Source of the DNA: Basidiobolus meristosporus CBS 931.73
Taxonomy: Eukaryota > Fungi > Basidiobolomycota
Reading direction: 5' to 3'
DNA length: 64,000 nt
Assembly (NCBI GenBank): GCA_002104905.1
Contig: MCFE01000357.1
Location: 23,900 to 87,899, forward strand
The position numbers and the translations under genes are program-made. The notes below the pieces were generated by a model. That model did no database searches. It saw only the letters and a program-made list of their open reading frames with translations, and was not told where the DNA came from. Below are positions 14,022 through 25,940 of the stretch, in pieces; positions within the stretch are counted from its first letter, which is position 1; each line of letters starts with the position of its first letter.

Positions 14022-15180
14022 TGTTGTAAAAGTTTGTAATTCCACCTAAATATTCACCTAACTTAGTCACTTAGATCATTACCTTCCTATCCTAGAGAAT
14101 ACTGCCCAAATTCCTTGTTGGGATTTACTTAGAATATTTTCACCAAAATACCAGGTACTCAGAAAATGAAAATCCTCAAAGTTGTCCAAACAGCCCCAAA
14201 CTTTGCACACATGCTCTTGGGACCTTCCTTACCTATTCTAAGTGTTTGTTATGCCAAGACTATGTAAAAGTATAAATACTACTTTTACATTCAATAAATC
14301 ATTAAGTGAAAACCGCATAATCTACTTGTCCTCCCAATCACTTCCAATATCTCCAAGACTTTACAACAAGTTGCAACTTGGGATGATTTTGGCAAGAAGT
14401 AGTAGTAAATCCTCAATGCCCCCATTACTGCTATTAGTGGATGCAAACCACTTCACTAGCCACAACATCACATCATTCACCAGTAGATGGATTACTGGGC
14501 TCACTTGATTCCAAAGAGTTTCCTTGGCATTTTTTTTCTACAAGTATAGTCTCATTGCATAATGGGATCTTGCTGGGCTCCTGCAGGGTACTGCTGTTAG
14601 GGAAGACAGGCTCACAATCCTTCAGTGAGCCTGCTTCTTCACAGCTATCACTCTACATGCCATATTCACAAGGCTGGGGTGTGCCTAAAGGTGTCACAAA
14701 CTCTCCTGACTCAGTTTGCGCAAGGTGAAAAGTATGGCCAGATGCTGTTATAGAAGTATCAAGTGGCCAGCAAGATTTTGTTGGTACAGGGATACCTAGT
14801 GAATGTTCAAATATTACTTGTGTGGCCAACCACTGGCCTTGATACTTTTAATACTTCCTATGCTGTCTGTGTTCTTTGTGGGTGGGAGGCTTGCTACAAG
14901 AGCCACATGGTCTTTTTTCTCTTCTCTTATGGTGTTGAATCAAAGTAGTCTTGTCAATGGGGCAAACAGCTACAAACTCAACAATGTAACACTATTATAT
15001 CACTTTTGTGTCAATATGCATGTGAATTTAAGACAGTCTTGTATTTGAGGCATTGCACCTAAATGAATGTAAGACCCAATGATGACCTGCCATAGTAAGC
15101 ATAATAAATAAAGCTGTGGCACCACATACATATGTATATGTAACACCACTTCCCCATTGGTTTGACTCACTTTCTTATAT

Positions 15181-17124
15181 ATGCTGCCAAAAAATAAAGC
15201 AACATTGTCTGGTTCCCAACTAAACCCCACTGCTGACAGCAGCAGAAGAATGGCTGGACAAAAGCTTGCATTGAAATTTAGTGCAACAAGCAGGGCTGCA
15301 ACCAAAAAAGGCCCTGTGGACAGTGTGCCCACTGAAGGGAATAATGCAGACTCCTCAGGCTCTCAGTAAAGTATGCAATTGGGAATCTTGGAAGAGCTGC
15401 AAGCTCTCCTTGTTGCTGAGGTAGATGAGAATGTAGCAAATACAGTACCTTCAGTTGAAGACCAACAAGTGGCCATCATAACATTATCATCACCTTTATT
15501 AGCAAGTATGTTTTCAGCTCATACCAACTCATTAATGAGGCAATTAGGTGCAGTGGCTGATAGGATAGATGCAATGGCCCAGAGAAATCAGGAAATAGTC
15601 CAGAAACAAGATGAGCAGATAATGTGTAGAACATTCAATATCCCAGGTAGAGAAAGCAGTATCTCTGCTGCAAGGAAAAAACTCAAGTAGCTCTATATCA
15701 GAGCCAGGAATTGAGCAATTTCCCAATATAGCAGCAGAGGAACACTGTACAGTCTTTGAGGCACAACAACAGTGCCTAAAGATAAAGCCCACAGAAAAAT
15801 CTATCACAGCATGAGAGGAAGAAAATGTAGTGTTTATACCAAGGCATAAAAATCAAAAGACATTGAAGATCCATGAAGCCATTGAGTGCAATGATGAAGA
15901 GTTGACTAATATTCAAGAGGCTATTAGAAGTCTTGCACATCTACACCTCAAGGCTGGCACACCATGGGACCATCAGGAGCTCAAGGCCAAGCAGAATGTG
16001 CTTGACTTGCTCCATGAGCAATATCCTGGATGGAAACAAGCAAATGGATTTTGGGCCAGCATTGGTAAGCTAAGAGAGTATCTCAAGAATAGCAGAAACC
16101 TTCAAAGGCAGCAGAACAAGGGTGCTATGGCTAAAAACCAGCAGCTTCCTCAAGAGCCTGTTGCAAGCAGGGCCAAAAGCTCCAAACAAGTGTCAAAGAG
16201 GCATCAGGTAGCTGGAAGAGTGCCAATAAGGGAAAAGCAGGCAGATACAGATGCACCAGCACAATATTTACTAAGGAAAAAGCGTACTTCTACTCAAGAA
16301 GCACTCAGTCACAGTAGCAGTAAAGGACCTGGCAATGATAAAAACAAGTGGCTACTGCAGGAGCCCATCTCAGCATGGGTGGAGAGCTCAAAACAAGCGG
16401 GAAAGAAGCATCATGTTGCCCGCACAGTGCCAGCAAGGAATAAGCAGGCCAAAACAGATGCATCAGAGCAGCATTTATCAAGAAGAAAATGTAGTTCAAT
16501 ACAAGAAGCCCTCAGCAAAGTAGCGGTGAAAGACCTGGCAGTGACAAACAAAAAGGCAAAGGGGAAAAAGTCTACTCAAGCCAGAGACAGGGAAGTATAA
16601 GAAAAAATCTGCAGTTCTTGCCAATTAACACCATATGCCTGGAGCAGACTGAATCCCATCATAGCCAAGAAGAATTACCAGCAAAAAAACAGCTGTTTTC
16701 ACAGGAGTTGGAACCACAGCCAGTTGAGCTACACTCCAGTGAGGTAGATAAGCTTGTAGGGAAAGGCAATTTGTCTACCACAGCCTCCATGTCCTCCATT
16801 GTTAACAGAGTGGAGGTCCCACTGACACACTAAGTAAAACTGTCAAGAACTCAAAAGGTTATCACAATGCCTTCAGTGGAATTCTGGAACATTAATAGGC
16901 ACACCAAGAGGTTACAGCACCTCTTCCAGAGCAGTGCTCAAGAAAACACACTTGAATATTGCATAGACTTATTGCAAAGACTGGCGTATGAGAAGCTAGA
17001 CCTTGCAGTGCTGGCTGCAGACCAGGATGTAGGGGAACCAGTGAATGAACAATGGCATAAAGCCATAGGGTTCCCGCCAAAATTGTGGAAACAGAGCATT
17101 ACAGCAGAAATTTGTATTGAGTAG
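15181..17124 (+). CDS. Accessory gene of the CMC transposon, divergent from the transposase (unknown function, probably spliced or degenerate)
   Basis: ORFs 15181-15369, 15373-15690, 15830-16600, 16618-16833 and 16867-17124 lie co-oriented inside the TIRs; the 256-aa ORF has a 69-aa tandem repeat. Confidence 0.5.
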
Positions 17125-17577
17125 TTGATTTTAATGGAGTTACTTGTTGAGTGTGGGGTTGGGCTTAATGTTGGTGTAGGGTATAGGGACTTGCATAGGT
17201 CAATACAATTGGCAATTGAGGTACAACTGAAGTTTCAACTGAAATAAATAAATTTGTATGCATGAAAAATAAGCAAAATGGTTGAGTCAGGTAGTAAGGA
17301 GTGTGAAAAAGAGGCAATAGCAAACCAATATTCACAAATGTAGGAGGTGATACTGTGTCTGGGATTGGAAAGTGAGAAAATTGACAGAGAACCAATCAAA
17401 AGCCACTTTTGTATTGTTGTCATGAAAAATTTTGACCAAGTTGTTATGATATATGGGGTGCAATTATTTTTTGATGGTCTTTGCACAGTGTCCTGATGTA
17501 ATCAATACCTCTTAGTCATGGGACTTAAAATCTGTGATGGCCTTTTGACAGGATCTTCTCAATAAATTCTCATAGGG

Positions 17578-18016
17578 TGCTAGATAGATCTGTATTTGGA
17601 ATCTCTGAGTTTCCAAAGAGGTACCACTGACTATAGTAGCTGCTATAACTTAGATAGAGAAAGCCCTATTTTATTAGCTCTATATGTGGACAATCTCAAT
17701 AAAGCCATCAATAACCAAAAGTCATAGAAGAGACTTTATCCACTCTATCAAAGGAGTTCAAATGTCCAATCTGGGAGAGCACAGTTACCACTTAGGGATA
17801 CAGTTCACCATAGACAGAAGTACCCATACTAACACCCCAAGCCAGTCCAAGTATTCTCAAGATACACTGAAGAAGTCCCATGTGGAAGACTGCAAAGTAG
17901 CAGCTACCCCAGTTGTGACAAACCTTTATGTAGTCAAAGCTCAACCAAATCAAGAAACCTTGGTACTATATGAAAGCTCAAACTTGCAATACTATACTGT
18001 GGTTGGTAGTTTGATA
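17578..18016 (+). mobile_element. Old copia internal region, right part (RT)
   Basis: Resumes TGC-TAGATAGATCTGTATTTGGAATC, matching ~12925-13360 of the intact element. Confidence 0.75.
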
Positions 18017-18367
18017 TGCTGCAAGAGTCTTGGAGATATTGGAAGTGATTGGGAGAGCAAGTAAATGTTGTGGTTTTTGCATAAAGATTTACTGAATGTA
18101 AAAATAATAATAGTATTTTTACAAGGGCTTGGCATAGAAAACACATAGAATATATCTAGTAAGGTCCCAAGAGCATGTGTGCAAAGTCTGGGGCTGCTGG
18201 GACTACTTTGAGAAATTGCATGATCTGGTCAACTGGTAATTTGGTAAAAGAAAACTCTGACTAAATCCCAAGAAGAGGCTTAGTCAGTATTCTCTAAGAC
18301 CTGTAGGTAGTGATTATAGTGACTAAGCTAGGTGAGTATTTAGGTGGAATCAAGTACTTTTACAACA
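18017..18367 (-). mobile_element. Solo copia LTR, reverse orientation
   Basis: TGCTGCAAGAGTCTTGGAG...TTTTACAACA is the reverse complement of the family LTR; no clear TSD. Confidence 0.8.
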
Positions 18368-18849
18368 GATGTGCTGACTGATATTCATCAACATCTCAGA
18401 TGCACATACAAGTTGCAAAATAGCAATATATTGGTATTGTAGTGCAGTGGGGTCATAGTGCCATCTACGGACAGATGTACTCATTCCCATGTTTCTTCCC
18501 CCTGCATTACATTACCTTAATACTAGGACTATGCACTCCTCTTGCTTGATCTATATTGTTCTGTTTACCAACTTGCTACCACTCCTGCTCATTCTATTGC
18601 AAAGCTATCTCTCACTCTATGTATGATGCTGGAATATAATGCCTCTTAAGTTGCAACAACATTAGTGCAGGCTGCAGGAGCTTCAAGCAACTTTGCAACC
18701 TTCAGTCTGATGTAGCTGACTAATTAGCTATAATATAATGAGCAAAATCCTTCATGATTTGTCAGCTATATTTGAAGTGTCTAAGCTAGTGGAGTATTAA
18801 GGTATATTGAAATTTGCAGACTACTTAGAGGTGTATTTAATATTTAAGA

Positions 18850-19843
18850 CACCTTGATGTGATAGCCAGAAGTTTTGCACATAGAAGTTACCAGGGTGCT
18901 AGCATGAAAAGTTTTATAAAAGTTCTTAGAAGGTTTGTTAAGTCTTCTCCAGATATATGGCAAATTTATGAAGCTATTCTGAGTAAAGAGCCTGTGTGGG
19001 AAGTAGAAAAATCCAGAATCCATGATACAAGTAGCCAAATGGATGTTAGTGTTCAGTTATATGTGCAAGTTTTATGCAAAAGTGACAACTACTACTACAT
19101 AACTATTTAGACTATGCAGAAGCTGTGAATAACTTGAGAAAATGCAGCCAACACAGTAATGCCACTTTCTACACTGCACCCAATTGTATTAGCTCCATTG
19201 AGCCAGTACTTGTAGAATATTAATTACTCTGAGACTACTTCTATCTGTAAGTATACTGCTTGAAGACATTGATGCCATCCATCACACTGGTATAGATTAG
19301 GAATGAAATCATATTTGAGTTAGGAAACTACTATGTGAAGAATTGTATGCATAGCTCAGTGCTCTGAGACATGGAAACATTCATGGGCTTCTTTCTAGAA
19401 GTTGTGATCTGGATGAAGAATCACTGTACATTGCTGAAGTGGGCATTTACTGAGATCCAGAGCTAGAAACCTGGCATAAGTATCTGCATAGCCAATTGGA
19501 GTACTGGAGAGCATTCACCAAACATTTTGCTGACACACAAATGGAACAAAGTCTAGGAGTTATGAGAAGCTTTGAACTTGTCCATATAGCCACATATTAT
19601 GCAGACAGTGTGTAACAAACAAGTGATTATCATGAACCTCATCTGCAAAAACCACTTTGAACTGTACATACCAATTTTGGGAGTAGGTTTGAAAGCAAGC
19701 TTCAATATAAATGACAACACTAATGGGGCGGGATACCACCTGAAGATCACATAATAATTGATTGGGATGATCCTTCCTGGGAACATTTTGGGGGGACGCC
19801 AATCAAACCATGGAACATTATACGGTGGCTCGAAATGACTTGA
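18850..19843 (+). pseudogene. Decayed gene of unknown family straddling the CpG boundary
   Basis: ORF 18859-19110 plus a 154-codon frame at 19382-19843 (AEVGIY*DPELETWHKYLHSQLEYWRAF...IDWDDPSWEHFGGTPIKPW) with five in-frame stops. Confidence 0.4.
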
Positions 19844-22800
19844 TGGTGAGCGGGGATATAGCGGGGATTTGATGAACTAAGCCATCGATGCTCTTCCGTC
19901 AAAGGCCCTTACCACACGTTGGAAGCTAGTGTTAGCGAAAGAGATCCAGGTTGGGTTGGAGTGTTAACACTGTGGGTTTGTCTACAGCTCAGAAACCAGT
20001 ATTCGGCAAGAAAACCGCCGACCGAGCAAGATCTCTCCATGTCACCTGTCCTCTAGAAACGAAATCCACTGGTGATCCTTCTCGAGGGTTTGCAGTTCAA
20101 TTCGAGTGCAGGATGACTAATCCTATCGTATATAGTCAAATGCCAGCCTTACCACATGCGATGACGAGGTGTAGATAAATAAAGGAAGCACTCCTCCCGC
20201 TGGCAAGAATCTCCGATTAATCACCAACACCGAGATCTAGAAATGGATTTGGAATGATTTGAGCAACTCACCCACATGCCACCAGGATTGAGCTAGATAA
20301 TCACGAGTCAAGTCAACAGAAACCACATTATCCAAGGTATCAATCCTTGTGTAAGCAACAAATCTGGTGGAGGAACAACCAAGACATCACGCTTCGAGAA
20401 TGCAGGATATGCTGCTCGAGCCGAGCCTATCTAACGAGCGCAGAAGCTGCGGACGAACACTGCTGCTGTAAAGTACGGTCGGGACTTGGTGGCAAGCACC
20501 AGCACTGCTCTTTCATTTGGCGGCTAGCAAGTTGACTGATTACTACAGCCCATGTGAAGATTCGAGAGATTTGTTCATGAAATTACAACGTGAGTGGTTT
20601 CTGAGGGTTAGATGCGATTCGAGAGGAGTGAAATCCATGCCTCCATTAACCATACATCGCCATCGTGGCCAATCACTCGCCACGCTCACTGAGATAAGCG
20701 GAATTGAGGTGAACGCTGTCTCAGGTAGCACCAAGGCCATGGAGGAACCGACTCCACTTTTTTCCTTTCCATCAGACACGCTACCTCACCTCCCTATCCA
20801 ATTATAGGCTAACCTGCCTAATGCAGTATTTCAGCTCTCCAAGTGCATTTGGGGCTGCATCTGATCATTGGTTGGGCGGACGACAATGACTAACTCATGA
20901 ACACCTCTACCACCTGCTACCAATAATATAGGTTACTGATTCAGAGCGTATCACACCAAAGTCGAGCAATTAGCTTTGGTCATCAGGTAATATGATTGCT
21001 AATTGTGTGAACAGAAGCCAGCAAGCCTATCCCGCGCTGATAGATTGGTTTTAGGGGGTTTTGCAGGCAAGGCCTCCTTTGTTCTAGAATTCGCCCATTG
21101 AGACATCAAGGAAATGCTGGCTGGTATTCAACTAGCAAGGTAATACTGAGCGACGCAAGAGGTTCTATGTACAAGTAGATCCGTATCGAGCCAATAACCA
21201 GACGCCCCTCACTTTCCGTATAATAGAGCCGCATCTGGCCAACCCTAAACCACGGAACAAATAAACCTACTCCGAATCTCCCATAGTTCTCCAAAACATT
21301 CCTTCCACGGTGTCGACAGCCGCCCTTCGTGATTGGCCGGTTCGGTGAGAATAATAAATAATAACAATCGGATCAGCCAACCACTGGGATCGTTGGAATT
21401 GTTATTTGAGATGTGATGAATGGGGAAGGTGGCCGATACCGCTTGAAACTTCTCTGCGCGAGGTTCAGCATATCGGAATGACTGGATCTGCTATTGTATC
21501 TCTTGCTGCACCATAGCATCGACATCGAAGAGCCGACGTTGTACAGCATGGAAACAATCCCCAGCCATCGAAAGGGATGCAAAGTTACGTAAACCTAGTC
21601 ATCACCCAGTTTATTAAGCAGAATGACGAGCTTATTAATCCTTTGAGTATGGCGGTAACACCATCTGACTCGCTCTTGCTGCAATTAAATGGCTGGGTCT
21701 AATGCAAAACTACTTGGAGGATTGAGCCCAAGGTCACTGCGATGACACACCTGGGTTCTAGCGCAAATGACAGGGAATTCCGCTGGTTTCATATGTCACT
21801 TTTCCTAGTGATGACACTAGCCATCAGTCACCCCTTTGTTTGGGATGGTTGATTTTTGTTGTACATTGATCCTACTCACTCTCATGATGTCTCAAGATGC
21901 ATATTTGCTGCTTCTCTTTCCCTTCCACCTTGCCTTGAGACCGATGCAGTATCGATCAGCTAGATGGGAGATCTTAGATTTCTAGTCTGGCGATAGACGA
22001 TGCTCATACAACCCAAAGATGGCCTTCTCTTGGAGTGGCCCAATGCATTGGACCATGCTTGGCCCAGCGATCATGTGACCTGAGGGCTGCATGCTTGCTG
22101 GATGAGTATTTTTCCACACATACACCACCAGCGATCCCGACCATTCCCATCGGTAGGTTTAACACGGGAAAAAGATATGTGTTGAATCAATAGAGATCGC
22201 TTACAAATTAATTGGGGTTGGGACCAAATTTCCAGTTAGCCTAAAGCGGGAGTCAGATCGAACTAGCTTGGCCTAATCTACATCAACCGCTCTACCATCC
22301 CCTAATCTATATTAAATCGGCAATTGAGAGGGCTCGCTCATCCTTGCTTTTTTAAGGAAAGAGCTCAGTGCAGATCAAACATGAAGTTATCGCCAGTTAC
22401 ATAAGCTAAGCCTATACCCATCCACCTTGCGTAATCAGAACAATGTTACATAGTCGCCACAGAGGACAGAGGATTCTGGTTTGAGCTGCTGATATAATCC
22501 TCCCAGTGATTACACAGGCATAAGCAGCGCCATATTCACAATTATAGACTACTATCAGACTGCGCCAAAGAGGGCTCACAGTTGGCCATTCTCCGGGTAG
22601 AACAAATTGGACAGCCGGCATGTTCGTTTAGGGGGGCCATATTTATTTAATACATATCTGATACTTCGTTGCTGGTAGTTGTACAGTATGGATGTAGGGG
22701 TGTTTAAATGACTTTTCTCGATAAGGAGAAATTGCTGAGGAATGTCGATATTGATTAATGCAGAACACGACCGGGAAACTCTAAATATCTCACTCGACTT

Positions 22801-24023
22801 CGAGATCGTTTTCGCATCGGATTTATCCAAATGCAGGGAAGCGTTTCCCTGTATCCAGCCCGAAAATATGGGGATTTCCGAAATCCCCAAGCCCCTTATC
22901 TGCGACAGGGATGACATGCGTGACACAACACTGATAGAGTCAAGTCCTAGCGTCGCGCCGATGAAAGTGGTTTCTGGGAAATTCCAATGGCTGCTGGTTG
23001 GCGTTGATTATCAATCCGATGGTTGGATATCCGCGGCGATATGCTCATACCGCCCTCAACCGCACCTCCATTAAACATCCACATCTTCCGGAATTCCCAT
23101 GGTGATTCACTCCATGAGACCGGCACTAATCGCTCATCAGCCTGGCATCGCATACAAATCCGCCGTACAAATCAACCGTTACAATATATGCCTCGCCAAC
23201 ATCAATGCTGCACTGGCATGAAAATTACAGCGAGCTGCATCGAAGTGCAGCAGATCGGATTTTCCTGAATCCCAGACTAGAACCGATATCAGCACACATA
23301 CAGTGTCGCAAGTGAACGATATTCCTACCTTTTCGGGTAATCGGTGGTGAACGCCATATTCAGATGAGTGGTAGAGCCGCGAGTGAATTTCAGTAGCTGA
23401 ACTCGATGTGACGCAACTCCAGGCTTCTCTGGTTTGGGATGAACCATGCGTTGCTAGGTTAGATTGGGTGGACATTAGAACATTCAGCACCATAGTTTCA
23501 CCAGAATCCACGCTAAAAGTCATTGGAATCGGCGCCTTTGGATGGGAAAAGCCATCGAAAACCACCAGCCTGTGATACAAAAGGTATGTTTATTTTCCTT
23601 TCGAGACTTTGTTAATCTAATACGTAAGAAGGTGAGCCGGATTGTGTACCAGTTGCCTAGGTAACAGGTCAACTCGCAGTCTGGTGACAAAATAGACAGC
23701 AATAACAACATATACTCCAGATGGCTACAATTAATCCTAAAGTTGGCCCTAATGGCTCTGATCTTTTAATAAACTGATGAATGGTGATTGACTGTTCTCC
23801 TAAGCATTCGGCCACCCAAACCAGCATGTCTTACGTTGTGCTACTGACAATGGTAAGAGAATAGAATATTGATCTGAGGCAGCAAATAATGAGCCGTATT
23901 TAACTTTGTTATTGGTATATTGGAATCGATCTCATCGGTCGTCTGGAATGCTTATAAAAGGGGCGGCGCCCTGTGCCATCTAGACATCAAGCATTGTTTC
24001 TCCTACTTCTCCAACTCATTAAG

Positions 24024-24932
24024 ATGTCTTGTCCATTCGAAAGCAACTTGGATTTTGCGAATTTTTGCTCTGATTTTGAGCCACTGCTGTTCTCGAGCGT
24101 GAACGTATCCGACTGCAGAGACGCCTATGATGGCTTCTCTCACTTACCATCTCCTCAAACGCCCACCAAGTACATCTCGGATGATCTGTCATTCGTCGAG
24201 CCAATCGGTCGGGACTTTGCTCATTTTTGGAAGGAATCGCCTCTCTCCTCGCCACCAGAGAGCAACTACAGCCAGGAGAGCGATCCCTTCATATTTGCCA
24301 ATTATGACAATAAAGTATTTCCATTTTCAATGGAAGATCCTCTGGTTCTGGATAATATGTCCCCTATGGCATATCTCCCAGTACCATCCAGTGGGGGTCT
24401 TTGTTTACAGCCCGACTCGTGTGTCTCTCCAAACGACTTGGAGAGCCTACCGGCGACGCCATGTGTGAAGAGCACCATATCCGAGGCTAGCACAGACTGC
24501 CCCTCCCAGAGCCATCAGACCGTTCCAGAAGGCACCAAGCGGTCCAGGGGCCGCAAGGCGTCGACCAAACAGGAGAGCCAAGGGTGCAGCAAAACATTCG
24601 CCTGCGAGTACAGAGACTGTGGCAAGGTGTTCAAAAGGGCGGAGCATCTCAAGCGCCATGTTCGCTCCATCCACACCCTGGAAAAACGTAAGTTGGCTAG
24701 CGTTCGTCAAGAGTGTCTGACCATGTATCTAATGATTCTCTGTACCTCAGCCTTCCCATGCCCGCATCCAACTTGCACCAAGCGCTTCTCACGATCCGAC
24801 AACCTGAACCAGCACATCAGAGTCCATCGCAACTCTAGAGACAGGGTGGCCAACCCCAATTTCAGCCACTTCACACCCTACGTTCCATCGTCAGGAAATC
24901 CAGAGGCATACCAATCAGTGTTTCTGAATTGA
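24024..24932 (+). CDS. C2H2 zinc-finger transcription factor, Msn2/Msn4-Seb1/MsnA-like
   Basis: ATG 24024; 63-bp in-frame intron 24688-24750; fingers [63 protein letters not shown] at ~23953. Confidence 0.85.
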   Translation: [302 protein letters not shown]

Positions 24933-25940
24933 TCGATTTCGCACCAGCAAACTGTCAATTATTGTCATACCTCTTCGGCACTCTCGTATCGAACAGCCTT
25001 AATGGCATTCTCTACATTTTGCTCACTGTAATCAATGGATATGCTTCGGCTCATATCAAAGATACGTACTGTACATAGGTCATCTGCCTTTCCTCTCTGT
25101 ATTCGATATTTTTCCCTCCCTCCCATCATGCATCACTTCGACTCAATAAATTAATCAAATATGCGGATTGCGCTTGGATCAAACCCTGCTGCATGTCCTA
25201 TTGGACAGCCGGTGTTTCGTACGGGTATCTTGGCATCGTTGATTGCAGTTGCATTGCTGACAATTTGGTAGGTGACCACCGGCAAAACCGGTGTCGCTCC
25301 ACGAATGAAGGCGATGGAGAACAGGAAGTTGCATAAGCGAGTATTAGGTAATTTCTGTGTACATGGGCTTAGGTATTCCGCCGAAACTTGCATTTAATTT
25401 AGATGCAACATGGGTTGACTCATTTGTCAGGTCTAATACTATGTCTTGGTCTTGTGTCCCTCACCTAAGCTAAGCACTTACTAAATCCGCTGTTGTGTGG
25501 ATCAAGATGAGGATGCTCCATCTTCATCCTTCCTGGGCTGTGTGAGAACTGCCTTGATGACAAATGGGATTTCTGCTTAGCTGATTACCCAAGTTTGGTT
25601 GGCAGAGCTGACTCAATATTTGCCTCTCCTATTCGATTTCTAGTTCCATTCTTGATTGTTGTTACCGTCCGAAGCTACCTCAAAATGTTACCGTACCTCA
25701 ATATCTGTGCCTTGTCCGGCAGCTGACTCGCCAGAGATGCTAATTGGATACAGACGTGGTGCTCTTGTTCTCAGGTCCTCACCACAGCCGCTCATACATG
25801 GCTGAGGGAAATCCCTGGATATATGCTAGTCAATGATCACATTGATTAGTGGAGTGATTTCCACAAAATCTATCCCAAATTAATTCAATGTTATCGCCAC
25901 AAATAAACAATCATAGTTACTTCCAGACGAGCTTGGAGAG

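Larger units (their letters stand above)
9690..14368 (+). mobile_element. Full-length Ty1/copia LTR retrotransposon (inactive)
   Basis: LTRs 9690-10039 and 14022-14368 (TG...CA, ~94% identical by eye); 5-bp TSD AGTTG (9685-9689, 14369-14373); PBS; PPT; order gag-PR-IN-RT-RH. Confidence 0.97.
7583..15020 (-). pseudogene. CMC/EnSpm (Transposase_21/Tnp2-like) transposase, disrupted
   Basis: Motifs LALDGY, GPKSQSNLDSYLYPLLDE, CQMCEIQG, HLLFHL...IGPCFTFWEFPMEQMCG. The frame reads KIIPSCN|LPCI*YKWK...MPACVNN across the copia insertion site. Several stops and frameshifts; 5' start approximate. Confidence 0.85.
7107..17577 (-). mobile_element. CMC/EnSpm (CACTA-superfamily) DNA transposon with CCC termini, ~5.8 kb excluding the nested copia
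   Basis: Inverted termini CCCTATGAAAA (7107) and TTCTCATAGGG (17577); TGC duplication (7104-7106, 17578-17580); shared subterminal ATCCTGTCA; the flanks rejoin into copia RT; encodes a Tnp2-type transposase. Confidence 0.85.

Noticed and set aside
5881-18367. The two reverse-orientation LTRs as the ends of one large element
   Set aside because: The enclosed copia sequence is on the + strand, and there is no PBS/PPT or shared TSD for such an element.
1-19700. Classical RIP as the cause of TE decay
   Set aside because: CpA remains abundant while CpG is lost, which fits CpG methylation/deamination better; not computed formally.
25151-25393. 80-aa minus-strand ORF between the C2H2 gene and CUL4
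   Set aside because: No recognisable motif or clear signal peptide, and the length is within chance expectation.
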